Shown piece after piece: positions 63,928 to 64,000 of a DNA stretch of 64,000 nt (the first letter of the stretch is position 1; every line of letters begins with the position of its first letter). The position numbers and the translations under genes were made by a program. Under the pieces are notes generated by a model, which made no database searches, was not told the DNA's origin, and was given only the letters and a program-made list of their open reading frames with translations. Source of the DNA: Acidiferrobacterales bacterium. Lineage in GTDB: Bacteria > Pseudomonadota > Gammaproteobacteria > Acidiferrobacterales > SPGG2. The stretch spans positions 10,721-74,720 of the forward strand of contig JBHICC010000006.1 in NCBI GenBank assembly GCA_046759385.1, in the 5' to 3' direction.

Positions 63928-64000
63928 ATGATCAGTCAACGGACCCTTAAGAACGTAATCCGGGCAACAGGAGTGGGACTGCACACGGGGGAGAAGGTCT
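63928..64000 (+). CDS. lpxC: UDP-3-O-acyl-N-acetylglucosamine deacetylase, first 24 codons (continues beyond window)
   Basis: [24 protein letters not shown] matches the E. coli LpxC N-terminus [24 protein letters not shown]. Position after ftsZ is conserved. Confidence 0.85.
   Translation, partial: [24 protein letters not shown]

Overview
This is a core chromosomal segment of a moderately GC-rich, gammaproteobacterium-like genome. Gene order resembles the Pseudomonas/Xanthomonas-type arrangement. In order: proA (3' part)-nadD-rsfS-rlmH; maf-rng-yhdP, a small exported ORF, C-N hydrolase-tldD-pmbA; mgtE; a stand-alone WYL-like ORF; the minus-strand rpoN locus (kdsC-lptC-lptA-lptB-rpoN-hpf-ptsN-rapZ); an ABC-2 exporter pair; ibaG-grxD-murA followed by a contiguous hisGDCBHAFIE cluster; tatABC; a DUF255/YyaL-type thioredoxin-domain protein; petABC (cytochrome bc1); sspAB; a macro-domain protein; minus-strand glcD-like oxidase, hldC, dolP, gmhA/diaA, yraN and lpoA; rsmI; RNase P RNA; and the dcw cluster mraZ-rsmH-ftsL-ftsI-murE-murF-mraY-murD-ftsW-murG-murC-murB-ftsQ-ftsA-ftsZ plus the first codons of lpxC. 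I found no CRISPR array, IS element, integrase, prophage, toxin-antitoxin pair or recognisable defence island, so I cannot point to a new multi-gene system. Four things stand out. (1) The RNase P RNA is about 130 nt longer than the E. coli one because P3 and P12 each carry a paralogous ~92-nt hairpin with the same 15-nt stem. (2) The rpoN/lpt/kds locus shows clustered gene erosion: kdsD and hprK survive only as short end fragments, lptC is short, and npr is possibly a remnant. The two clear deletions keep the 3' codons that overlap the next gene's ATG. (3) A textbook Pmra promoter is followed by three GTGG(G)A MraZ-box repeats, and an unusual 166-bp mraZ-rsmH spacer holds a 44-codon ORF. (4) There are several smaller structural oddities: a GTGAGG-repeat palindrome between hisA and hisF, divergent start codons sharing CATG, and an internal his terminator. 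All calls come from reading the supplied translations and the sequence by eye. No database search was run.
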